From the NCBI RefSeq assembly GCF_004010195.1, contig NC_057719.1, forward strand, positions 58,482,079-58,546,078: 64,000 nt of DNA. The letters run 5' to 3'. This DNA comes from Chiloscyllium plagiosum (taxonomy: Eukaryota). The first letter of the stretch is position 1; each line of letters opens with the position of its first letter. A program made the position numbers and the translations under genes. Shown here in pieces: positions 13,430 to 24,715 of the stretch. The notes below the pieces were generated by a model that saw only the letters and a program-made list of their open reading frames with translations, had not been told where the DNA came from and made no database searches.

Positions 13430-14680
13430 TATTCATGAATGTGGGTGTCACAAAGCTGGGCAGCACATATCGCCTATCTCAATTTGCTCTGGAGAAGGTC
13501 ATGGTAAGATGGCTATACGTAATGATTGGAATGAATGAATGTTGAAGGTGTTCATTGTGGTTCCTGTTGAGTCTGCTTTGTCTTGGATGGTACCAAGCTT
13601 ATTGAGTGTTGTTGGAGCTGCATTTAATCACCCAGCTGGAAAGCATTCCACCCCACTTTTGACTTGTAACTTGTAAATGGCAGACAGGCTTGGAGAAGTC
13701 CATAAGTGAGTTACTTGCCTCAAGAATTCTTAGCATCTGTGCTGATATTGTAGCTACAGTATTTATGGCTGGTCCAGTGCAGTTTCTTGTCAATAGTAAT
13801 CCCAGGATGGGATAAATGTTGAGGGCAATATTTAAATTCTCTTCTATTAGAGATGACCATTGTCTGGCACTTATGTGGTACAAATGTTAATTGCAACTTA
13901 GCAGTCCAAACCTTAATGTTGTCCAGATGGCTGCATTTGGGTATGGACTGCATCAGTATCTGAGGATCTGTGAAAGGTAATGAACGTGGTGCAATTTTCA
14001 GTGATCATCCCAGCTTCTGAACGAATGAAAGGTCATTGATGAAGCAACTGAAGATGGTTGGGCCTCGGACACTACCCTGAGGAGTTCTGACAGTGAAGTA
14101 CAGAGGCTGAGATGATTGACCTTCAACATACAAAACCAGATTCCTTTGTGTGAGATGACCAGCAGAGTTTTCTCCTGTTGGCTTCAATTTTGTTATGGTT
14201 CTTTTAGGCCCCACTAGATCAAAACTGCCTTGATGTCAAAGGCAGTCAGCCTCACTTCCCCAGCGGATTCCAGTTCTTTTCTTACTGTTTAGACCAGACT
14301 GCATTGAAGTCAGGAGCTGAGTGGGCCTGTTGGAATCCAAACTGAGCATCAATGAACAGATTATTTTTGAGCATGTACCATTTGAAAGAACTGTTAATGA
14401 CCCATTCCTTCACTTTGATTGAGAGTGGATGGATATGATAGTAATTAGCTGGATTGGAATTGTTCTGCTTTTGTGGACAGGGAATACCTGGATAGCTTTT
14501 CACATTCCTGGTAAATGCCAGTGGGGTAAATGTACTGGAACAACTAGGCTGTGGTGCAGCTAGTTCTGAAGGACACGTCTTCAGTACTGTAGATTTAATG
14601 ATGTTCGGGCCCATTCCCTTTGCAGAATGCAGTGCCATCAATCATTTCTTGATATCATGTGGAGAGAATCAGATTTGTAT
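13430..14680 (-). mobile_element. CR1/L2-group LINE RT to 3' end, a distinct family whose tail is shared with the SINE at 15315
   Basis: GPNIIKSTVLKTCPSELAAP, AQFGFQQAHSAPD and PQGSVRGPTIFSCFINDL motifs. Confidence 0.8.
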
Positions 14681-15314
14681 TCACAATTCTAAATTCAATT
14701 CCCATTTGAACTAAAATGTCTCATTTAAGAATAAATTATGACTGGATTGAATAATCATAGTGGCAGAACCACTACAATTTATTTTACAGTTAAACTACAA
14801 TCCAAAAATCGGTAATTAGCAATTTCTCCAAGAGAATGTTTGTAATTTAACTCCAAAAACAATTCAACAATACACACCATGACCTGAACACATTTTGATT
14901 AGACCATAAGACATTCAGATACAGGAGCAGTGGTGTCTTTTCTGCCCATTGAGTCTGTTCCACCATTCAACTATCCCTTATCCCTTATGTTCTTGCTGGC
15001 TTCGCATCCCCAATGTTGAACTTAAAATCATTTGCTTGACTTCATCTCCAAGATGGCACAAATTCACACTTATCCACACCTCTTGTCTTTTTTTAATTTT
15101 GATATGATCTCCTACATTGTTTGAGTATCTTTGCTTATCCTTCACCCTATGTAACTGATGGTGTCAAAACTGGCGACAACCTGAATCCGAAATCCTATCG
15201 ACTCTACTTTTAAAGAACTTCAAGCCATTTTTTAATCCAAGCTTTAAGTAGTTTTTATTGTCTTATACCTTGGTGTTGTTTTGAAGATCATATTAAATAG
15301 TAATTTTGCATTTT

Positions 15315-15750
15315 TTAATTCACTCATGGGACATGGGCATTGCTGACTGGCTAGCATTTATTGCCATTCCTAGATGCCCTTGAGAAGATGGTGGTGAGCT
15401 GCCTGACTGAACTGCTGATGTGCACGTACTGTAGTTTGAATGATTAACACAATCGAGTGGCTGGCTAGGCTATTTCAAAGGGCAGCTGAGAGTTAATCAC
15501 ATTACTGTGGGTCAAGAGTCACATGTATGTGACGATGACAGATTTCCTTCCCAAAAAGGACATTAGTGAGCCAGATGGGTTTTTAAAATTAATAATGGTT
15601 TTATGGCCATCAGTAGATTCTTAATTCCAGATGTTTTTATTAAATTAAATTAAATTAAATCCAGGACAGAATTCAAACCAGGGTCCTCAGAATATTAGCT
15701 GAGTTTCTGGGTTAATACTCTCGTGATAATAACACTAGTCCATCATCTCC
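15315..15750 (-). mobile_element. tRNA-derived SINE, SacSINE1/DeuSINE-like
   Basis: tRNA-like head at 15660-15750, a core containing CAGATTTCCTTCCC...GGACATTAGTGA.CCAGATGGG, and a tail matching the LINE end at 13430-13510. Confidence 0.55.
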
Positions 15751-16549
15751 TCATAGCTGCATTCAATTGTATGTCAGTATTACTTGCACATTGAACCTGA
15801 TCTCTGATTTGGTATTATTTATGGTTTTTTGAATGCCATATGATACATTTGATGTATTAACACAAGGAGAGGTGGGAACACAAAATGATAGTTCTAATTT
15901 AAAACAAAAATACAGTTTTGTACAGTAATATAAAGCCAGTATGCTAATTCTGACTGTATATACATAGAGTTCCCAGCGAGACAAACTAATTTAGTCACTG
16001 CTTCCCCATAGGAAAGGAAATCAGGAAGAAATTAAGTCTGACATTTTTGACTCTTTACATGTTTTAGATCAGAATTTGAATAGGCCTATAGAGTGTTCTA
16101 TTTGTCACCATGATTTGAAATAGTGAATCATCAAGAGGAGTTTTCCAATGTAAGCAATAAATTAAATAGTCAGAAAGGATTTGTACCTTTAACAGAAGAA
16201 ATAGGAATGAGAAAAAGATATCTAGATCATCTGACATCACTCAGTTTGCTGATCCAGTTTCTGCATTTGGTTGTCGCTCTACTTACAAATGCCCAGGCAC
16301 AGCATTTGTCAAGGAAGAAAATAAAGAGTCATGTTGCAAGTACAGGAATATCAGAGGGGAACTTTTTGGGTAGAGAAGCCCAACATTGGTATAAGAAGGG
16401 GAAAGCCAAGGTCTGATTTAAAGGAATTAAAGATCGGTGCTGGAAAATGAAGACATGAAATGTGAACATACCATTGGGAACTATATGGATATGGAAGATT
16501 AAAATCATGAATACAAGGAAAGAGAAAGAAACATGCTTGCATGAATCAG

Positions 16550-16680
16550 AGAATTCCTGAAGAAGGGCTTATGCCCGAAACGTCGATTCTCCTGTTCCTT
16601 GGATGCTGCCTGACCTGCTGCACTTTTCCAACAACACATTTTCAGCTCTGATCTCCAGCATCTGCAGCCCTCACTTTCTC
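16550..16680 (+). mobile_element. Penelope-derived terminal mini-element (family A)
   Basis: Flanked by the perfect 12-bp TSD TGCATGAATCAG (16538-16549 and 16681-16692). Homologous to the Penelope end at 58520-59000. Confidence 0.8.
16551..16589 (+). ncRNA. Minimal type I hammerhead ribozyme motif, intact core, dimer type
   Basis: GAATTC-CTGAAGA-A-GGGC-TTAT-GCCC-GAAA-CGTC-GATTC. It has the core CUGANGA/GAAA, a 4-bp stem II, palindromic ACGU, a GUC triplet ending at 16584, and complementary stem I flanks. Confidence 0.72.
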
Positions 16681-19600
16681 TGCATGAATCAGTGGGTCAG
16701 AAGGGGAAAGTGTGGCTGTGATCTGGGAAAGTATTGAAATATCCAATTGATCTGTAGACTGCAGAAGCATGTAGGATTGGAGAATATCACTACACAAAGG
16801 AGAGAATCCGCTTGAACATGGGTAAAGGGAGTTGGAAAAGAGAGGGGATTTGGGAAATGTCTCGACAGAAAGGAGAGAGTGACCATTACCTTGCGAGAAC
16901 ATGATGGCCTGGTCAATTTTGTTAAAAACTTAAATCTAATGTATTGTGTTTCCCATTTACTAATTGAACATCAAGAAGTGTTCAAATGATTGAGAAGTTT
17001 AACATAAAAATGCTTACATTTCCTGTAAAGTTACGTTGATAGAGTGAACGCACATTAATTTGGTTCTCGTTTGTCCAGGCGATATTGTTTATAACTGGTT
17101 TAGAATTTCCCCCTTACTTCAAATTTAAACCTTTTCTTTGGTAGTAGATTCCCTAGAACTATCGCAAAAAAAAATTAACAATGAAGAAAAGTATAATTCC
17201 AAATTGGTAAAGATACGTATATGTATATGTGCAGAGGAGAATTCAAAATTTTGAAAAATGCCTGCATAGTGTCACAACAGTTCCAGGAAATTCAATGAAA
17301 CTGTTTTTGAAACAAGGTCTGTTTTGCATCTGATTTCTTAATACATATGTAACAATCTCGGTAAAATCCAGTAACTTTTTTCAAAACAAATTCTGAATTT
17401 TCCGGTATTTACCAACTGAGTTAAGCTGTGAGATTGCATGATTTATAACAGGATTTTTTATTATATAAGAGAAAAGCCAAGAAGACATAAATACAATAAA
17501 TTATAAGCTATAGATTGCACACTAAATGGCAAATACACCTAAGATAAACCTTTCAAATTGACTCAGCTGTCAACACAGTACATAAATCATCCAAATCAGT
17601 CACAAGAGCCCTTCAAAAACCTGTCTTCCTTTATGAGGACTATTAGATCCTCTCTTCTGGCAGTTAGTTTTTTCCCCAGTTGCCAGCAGCACACAAACAA
17701 AACTGGTGCTAAGAGTACAGTCTTCACCAAAAATGTGATATGTTTGCAGAAACTCCAAAACTGATTTGGATAGCGTAGATCCATCTGTGGTTTCTTCAAG
17801 AAATAGAAACTGCTGCAGGATTATGCATTCACTATGCTCAGTTTCTGAATCTAGCCTTTGTCATTTTCAGGTTGCTTGTACTGCCAATTTGGCTTGTCAA
17901 CTTAAACCACTAAGCTTGGATGGCTGTAAATTCGTTTCTATGGCCTCAACCAGTTTTTGGCTGCCTGGATTTTGTAAGAAACTGGGAGGGTAGGTTTTTT
18001 TTCTTTTGTTTTCTCTTCCTGTTTCCTGACTGAATTTCACTTTTCAATTGGGCACTGCCTCAAAAAATTTTCTGAACTATTCTTCAGATTTCTCACTTTT
18101 TTTCAAAGTTGATGGTGAGCCTTTTTATTTCACTGTCCTCTTGTTCAAACAAAATTGTGTTTTGATTTCTGTGAATGTCAACCTCATTCTGTTCATTTTA
18201 TTCATGTTATAGCCAAATACTGGAGAAATTTTATCTGCATTTTAGGGGGAAGACAGTTCAGACAGACCTTAACAGTATACAGGCTAGTAAATATTACTTT
18301 GTATTGAGCCAGAAAAATTGAATTTGTGCTGAATTTTATCACAAGGTTTATTAATAGAAGATATATTGAAGAACTAATAGTAACATGTGCCCAGATATTC
18401 TGATTATTATTGAAACAGATCTGACTAATAGTAATCTATTAAAGATGGTTCACTGACCAAACAGTGATTTCAATGACTAAACTTCTGACATTACCTGTCC
18501 TGATGCTTCCATCATATGAAGCTAGCCAGGAATTTGCTTAGGGCAGGATCAAAATTGGAGGCCCTGATATGCTATTTTTATATCACTAGCTGCTATTAAA
18601 AAAAATCATTTATAGGTCTCAGATACTGCTGAGATGGTAAGTGGATTAAGGAATAGGGTGGGTGTAGAATGTCAGGTCCATGCCTGAGGGATCAGGTGGG
18701 GAAGGGGTAAGGGGCAGACTGAGGGCAGCAGGTCCATAGGCAATTTTGTAATTGGTTGAGGGGGTAGGGGTAAGGTAAGAGATGAGGGAACAGGGTGTTG
18801 TTGAGTGAGGATAGGAGTAGCTTGTGCTGGGTGGTGGTGGTTCTATGGAGTATCAGGAAAGATGGTTAGTCAACTTATGCCCATAGAGCTAAGGGGATAC
18901 CACGTTATGGGAATTTGGTGTTTACTAGTTTTGGGAAATGATGCTCAGAATGAAGAACATCACTGTTAGAAATTGTAAAGGGAATGGTGTCAATTCTACA
19001 GTTAGCCAGGTGTTAAAGTAGATTTTTATCCTTCTAACTATCCCCATATAATATCCAGGTGGTTTGGTTGAAATCATCTTCAGTCTCTGACTTGAACTCA
19101 CAGTCAGGACTTTTTCTTGAAAGTTCTAGCTGCCAGGTAATTATTCATTGACAATTAAGAATTTCAGAGCAATTCCTGTGGAGTCTGCGCATCAGCACTC
19201 TGCATGGTTCCAAAATGACACTCTGGTGTATATTTCAGAAACAATGACCTTACAACCAGAAGATCTGGATCAAACACATTGGGGAAAACTACAGAATATC
19301 AGAGGCATAGAGTCTTACCAAAAATGATTGATTATCGCCTAAGAAAAAGATAAATCAATAACTAGTTAAGGAAGTGGGAGGTTACAAACATGAGCTAGAA
19401 TATAGATGAACAAATATTTGAATAAGTCATTGTTTTTATGGACGCATTAGGATTGTGGTAATTGCAAGATTTAATGCAGTGAATAAGTCCAATAATATAA
19501 ACTTGAATGTTGGTTAGAAGGTGCACATTGAAGCTCTTGAAAGCAGATTGAAATCAATTAGCTTGAAGGACAAAGATCTCTTCATGTGATTTATATGTGT

Positions 19601-19963
19601 TTCTGCCTAATCAAGAAAGAACTAATGCCACCTTCCCATCGCTGTCCTGTAAAAAATGCAGCTACTTAGAGTTGATCAAGATGGTACCATGAAATTGAGG
19701 AGCCTTTTTTGTTATTGTAAAGAGTTAGAATTTTTAATGTAGCATTGCTAAACTTGGTAATCAATTCCAAGGCTCACCACTTTTCAGTCTTCCAATCTGT
19801 TTTCAGAATTATAATGTTAATTTTGATTAGAATTGTAGATCGACAATTTCCACAGACTAGTAATTTATAATAGATCTGCGGTTAATGACAAAAAGTTACG
19901 TTAAATTGCTTGAGTAGGTGACCTTTTTTCTTCTTGCCACTTCAAAAACTCATATATTAGAGT

Positions 19964-20302
19964 TAAAAAATCACACAACACCAGGTTATAGTCCAACAGG
20001 TTTAATTGGAAGCACACTAACTTTCAGAGCGACGCTCCTTCATCAGGTGATAATGGAGGGCTCAATCCTAACACAGAATTTACAGCAAAAATTTACAGTG
20101 TAACTGAAATTATACATTGAAAAATTGATTGTTAAGCCTTTCATCTGTTAGAATACAATGATAGTTTCACTTCTTTCATGTGTAAATCACAAAACTTTTT
20201 TTTTAAAAGTTGCATTTTTAAAAGTTTTTTAAAAAAAACCTGTTGGACTATAACCTTGATTTTTAACTTTGTACACCCCAGTCCAACACCGGCATCTCCA
20301 AA
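19964..20302. mobile_element. Penelope family B mini-element with inverted termini; hammerhead motif on the minus strand at 20015-20049
   Basis: 14-bp TSD TCATATATTAGAGT (19950-19963 and 20303-20316). The left part is the reverse complement of the right part. Confidence 0.78.
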
Positions 20303-21024
20303 TCATATATTAGAGTAATTTGCATTGATTTTTCTTATTAAAATCTGAGGAGAATCCAATGATATAAAATTGGCCTTTGTGGAGACATTGAATGAAAAGC
20401 AGAACCTGCTTAAGTCATGGAGCTGCGCAAACGTTTGATTAATTTGAACACTCATTTGAGAAGCAAGTGGGAGGATTTGGAGTAACAGCAACTGAAGTTT
20501 CATAAAGCTATAACCAGACCTAAAAGGAGAACTCAGATTTATTTATTTGCTGTAAACTGTCACGATGCGTAGGTCAAACTCCTCTGATAATTAAAACCAA
20601 GCACCCAGAAAAGCTCAACTTGCCTCATTAAAATATGAGTGAGTGAAAGAGAACTCCTAATTTCCAATATGTAAAGAAAAATAACAATTTATTTTCCTAA
20701 CTCTAATAGGGAACACTAAACAAAACTATTAACAAACCTAATACTCTTTCCCCTAATAACTATTCCTTAACTGAACACAATTCTATCAATGTTATTCTAA
20801 TAATACAATTATGAAACATTCTATTAACTTAATCTCAAGACAACACAGTCTCATATGCTGTCATCTTTCTTTTTACTGCGAGTATTTTTACGGTACAAGA
20901 TATCTTTGATAGTGCCTTCTGATTTCTTTTAAGAGCTTTTCATATTAGATGGGCAGTTAGCTCTCCAGCTGTGCAGCAGTTGCTCTGCTGTTTGGTGGCA
21001 GTTGCTCTGAACAATTTTCTAAAT

Positions 21025-21735
21025 GTTCACCTCCATTCAAGGCCCCAAACAGTCCTTCCAGGTGATACAGAGGTTCACCTGCCTCTCGTCCAACCTAGTT
21101 TACTGTATCCAGTGCTCCCAATGTGGTCTTCTCCAAATGGGGAGACCAAATGTAAACTAAGGGCATGTTTTGCCAAGCATCTCAGCTAGGTCTGCAAGGG
21201 CTGACCTGACCTTCCAGTCACCGCACATTTTAATTCCCCTTCCTATTCCCTCTCCAACATGACCATCCTCGGCCTCCTCCATTGGCATAGTGAATCAGAC
21301 CACAAATTGGAGGAACAACGCCTCATCTTCCACCTGGACAGCCTGCAGACCAGAGGACTCAACACTGAGTTCTCCAATTTCAAATAAACTCCTTTTTCAT
21401 TCCCCGACTCCTTTCTAGCCCCCCACCCTCCCTTCCATTTACTGACCCTCCTTCCAGCCATCAACCAGATTCATTCTTCCACCAACCAACCAGGCCATAC
21501 CCTATACCTGTGTTCACCTATCACTACCTCACCACTCCGTCCCTCTCCCAACCCAAAATCCTCCCCCAACCCCCTTTTATCTGCAGCTCCCCTCATCCCC
21601 ACCCCCAGTCCTGAAGAAGGGTTTTACCTGAAACATTGACTTCTCCACCATCTGATGCTGCCTGGCTTGGTGTGGTCTTCTAGTGTCCTGCTTGTCAACT
21701 TTGGATTCCAGCATCTGCGGTTTTGTTGTCTCTAA
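21025..21735 (+). mobile_element. Penelope-like element 3' part (GIY-YIG endonuclease and terminus with a hammerhead motif at 21607-21641)
   Basis: SNLVYCIQCSQC...GETK...EEQRLIFHLDSLQTRGLN. The motif reads AGTC-CTGAAGA-A-GGGT-TTT-ACCT-GAAA-CATT-GACT. Confidence 0.85.
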
Positions 21736-21899
21736 CCTGGTTTTATACCTCCCCAACATCATTCCCTCACATTGGTTTGATGTTGCCAACACAATAAATC
21801 CAAACTCAATTGGGTTTTAGTATCCTGGGAATAATTCAAATTAATTGGTTAAATTTGAATTGTTTTCAAAACAGCAACCAAAACTTAGGTATCCAGGTA

Positions 21900-21995
21900 A
21901 CAGGCTTTTGCCTGAAATGTCAATCTTCCTGCTCCTCGGATCTGCCTGACCTGCTGTGCTTTTTCAGCACCACTCTAATCTAGACTCTGATTTGC
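21900..21995 (+). mobile_element. Truncated Penelope family A mini-element
   Basis: GGCTTTTGCCTGAAATGTC...CAGCACCACTCTAATC. TATCCAG occurs on both sides. Confidence 0.65.
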
Positions 21996-22039
21996 CTATC
22001 CAGTTAACAGCCAATTGTTACATGTATCTATTTTTTTTT

Positions 22040-22351
22040 AGATTAGATTACTTACAGTGTGGAAACAGACCCTTCGGCCCAACAAGTCCACACCGACCCG
22101 CCGAAGCGCAACCCACCCATACCCCTACATTTACCACTTTAACCTAACACTACGGGCAATTTAGCATGGCCAATTCACCTGACCCGCACATTTTTGGATT
22201 GTGGGAGGAAACCGGAGCACCCGGAGGAAACCCACGCAGACACGGGGAGAACGTGCAAACTCCACACAGTCAGTCGCCTGAGCCGGGAATTGAACCCGGG
22301 TCTCTGGCGCTGTGAGGCAGCAGTGCTAACCACTGTGCCACCGTGCCGCCC
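22040..22351 (-). mobile_element. HE1-type V-SINE, young copy
   Basis: Near-identical to 705-1022 with CpG-rich A and B boxes intact. Confidence 0.92.
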
Positions 22352-23929
22352 ACGAATTTTGGAACAGTCCATCTTTCAGCTGTTCTTTCCTAGTAGCTGA
22401 GGCTGTACTTTAAATTTACTTTAAACTTCAGAAAACACTTTCCATCTTAAAATAAGCATACATTCTTTAAACTCCGTAACAAAACTTCCCTAAAAGCTTT
22501 ATTAGTTTTGTTTACTTCACTGAAAGTAACTCCATGGACGAACAATAGCTTCATTAAACTTTAAATTGATAATACTTAAGAAACCTTTGAATTGATTGCA
22601 GTTACCTAAAAGGCTGTGGGAACACAATCTCTGCCTGGAAAATATTGAACGTTTCCTTGCATAAGATGTGCACAACATTTAAAAACTGATGCCAGGCAGT
22701 TAATTCCGGTTTTGTTCCTTTTGGACTTCATAGTGGTTTAATACAACTGAGTATTGGATATTCATTCACTTTTAGTTCCTCAAATTTTGCACACTATTAG
22801 ACCTGCATTCAGCGACCACTAGACCTAGCTTCGACAGAGACGCACAAGCAAGAGCAATTAATGTTATTTGGAATATGTAGAACACTATCCTGTTACATGC
22901 TCAAAGGCGCAGCTGTTATACAAACACCACTATCTAATACTGACAGTGCACTTATCATAGAATACCTGGAGACTGTGCTTAGTGACATACACAACTTCAG
23001 AATTGTGCCAGGACCTTCAGGAAGACCTTAAAATCATACAGCATCCACACATTATTGATTGCAGTCAATGTCCTCCCCTTTTTTTGCAAACGCACTTATC
23101 CACACTAGCACAAGGCGTATTTAAATATTGACATGTTCTATCCACAAATATATCATGTTCATCATAGGTGCATAGGATTGGATTTTGCAATCGACAACAA
23201 ATAAATTGTGCTCACCACTATCATAGTCACTGCTTCCAGCATCCTATAGACATTTTATGGGCATTTGAGTGTCAACTTAGTACCATCAGGCATCAGAAAA
23301 AAGCAGCATCATGTGCAGGGATCTGGGACTTGTGTGAACAGGGCAAACAACTGCTTATTCCTTTAACTAATAAGATTGAAGGATGCATATTGAGACTTAT
23401 AGGCCATGAGAGATAATTCCATAGCAGATTTTTGCTGCTATCTGTTCTATTTTGCCTTATGAATGATGTGAGATTCTGGTGCTGGCTGCCAAATAGGTTG
23501 GGAACATTAGCATCTGCACAGTCTATGTCACAAAGGAATGTTCTGTTGGCAGATCATGATGGCAATCCACAAGTATTGATGGTATGATACCAGAACTGTC
23601 ATTTTTTGAGCTTAGTGCTCCAGCTAAGGCCCTTCCTTAACCTCACACAGTTGAACATGAGCTTAGTAGCAAGGAGAATTCTTGCCTGCTATTTAAAATG
23701 AGCATCAATTACCTTCATGGAAGTTGCTGTTTGATTTCCTTTGGCTATCACTATGATTATATAAATGCTTGGTCATTTCCAGATTTGTTTAAAATTGCTA
23801 GCATGTACAAGGTATACAAGATGTTCTCAGCTTTGCTGTGACTTCAAGAATTCTGAACAAGCCTTCTGCTCCTCGATTTGGGTTGCTCCTAAAAATATAG
23901 TATGTCATGATGAAGGAGAAGAGGACCTG

Positions 23930-24340
23930 AGGAAAATTGGGACTTTTGTTTCTGGGTTTTAGAAGGAAGATGCATGATTGCATTGTAACATGCAACTTTC
24001 TAAAGGGACTTGATCTGCTCAGTGGGTGTAATGAGAGGTTATTTTCCCTGGTTAGGTCATTCAGAACACTAGGACCCAGGCTTACCATAAAGGTTTGATT
24101 GTTTAAGATCGAGATGAGGATAAATTTTCTTAACTTAGAGGGTTATTAATCTTGGAATTGACACTTCCAAGATTGAACATGATACATGATTGAGTTCATT
24201 TAAATTTAAGAAAGTCAGATTTTCTCGGAAAATCAAGAAATATGAAGGATGAGTAGTAAAATTAAGTCAAGACAGAAGGTAAGCTAATAAAGTATTGTAT
24301 GGCAGATCAATCTTGAGGACCTCTGTTTCTTATCTTCTAA
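23930..24340 (+). mobile_element. Old CR1 3' fragment
   Basis: Degenerate LRKIGTF...MIAL and GATGAGGA..AATTTCTT 3' motifs. Confidence 0.6.
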
Positions 24341-24523
24341 TCTACGTGTCAACCATGACTAGAAGCAAAGCACAGTACAGCAGTATTTGCCATGTACTGA
24401 ACTATCATTAAACTTTCCAGTAGGACCGCTGAAGAGAAGTCTTGCCATCCACCCCACCATAACTTCAAGTTTTCCATAATAATTGCAGCCTAGTACATGA
24501 TAGTACATGACTAGTACATGATA

Positions 24524-24715
24524 CGAATAGTTCTTCGATAATGCGATGGTTGCATTCTTGTGCAAATGCGCATTATAGAAAAATTGCGCTTTAGTAATGC
24601 ATTACAGTCAACGCACATTTTAAAAGTTTGTGCTTTAGAAACAGTGTCCCTAATTCATCAATCGCGTTACAGCGAATTCACGTTAACGAAACACACATTA
24701 TAGCAGAACGACCTG
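24524..24715 (-). mobile_element. Tigger-type MITE (about 190 bp)
   Basis: Imperfect TIRs: TA|CGAATAGTTCTTCGATAATGCG and TTATAGCAGAACGACCTG. The reverse complement of its right 90 bp aligns with 2954-3045. Confidence 0.65.

Larger units (their letters stand above)
20558..22481. mobile_element. Solo LTR (Gypsy-type) containing three nested insertions
   Basis: Termini TGTCACG...CGTAACA with a 4-bp TSD AAAC at 20554-20557 and 22482-22485. Confidence 0.7.

Noticed and set aside
2954..24715. One 21-kb composite transposon bounded by related TIRs
   Set aside because: The right TIR is better explained as the end of a local 190-bp MITE that has its own opposite TIR.
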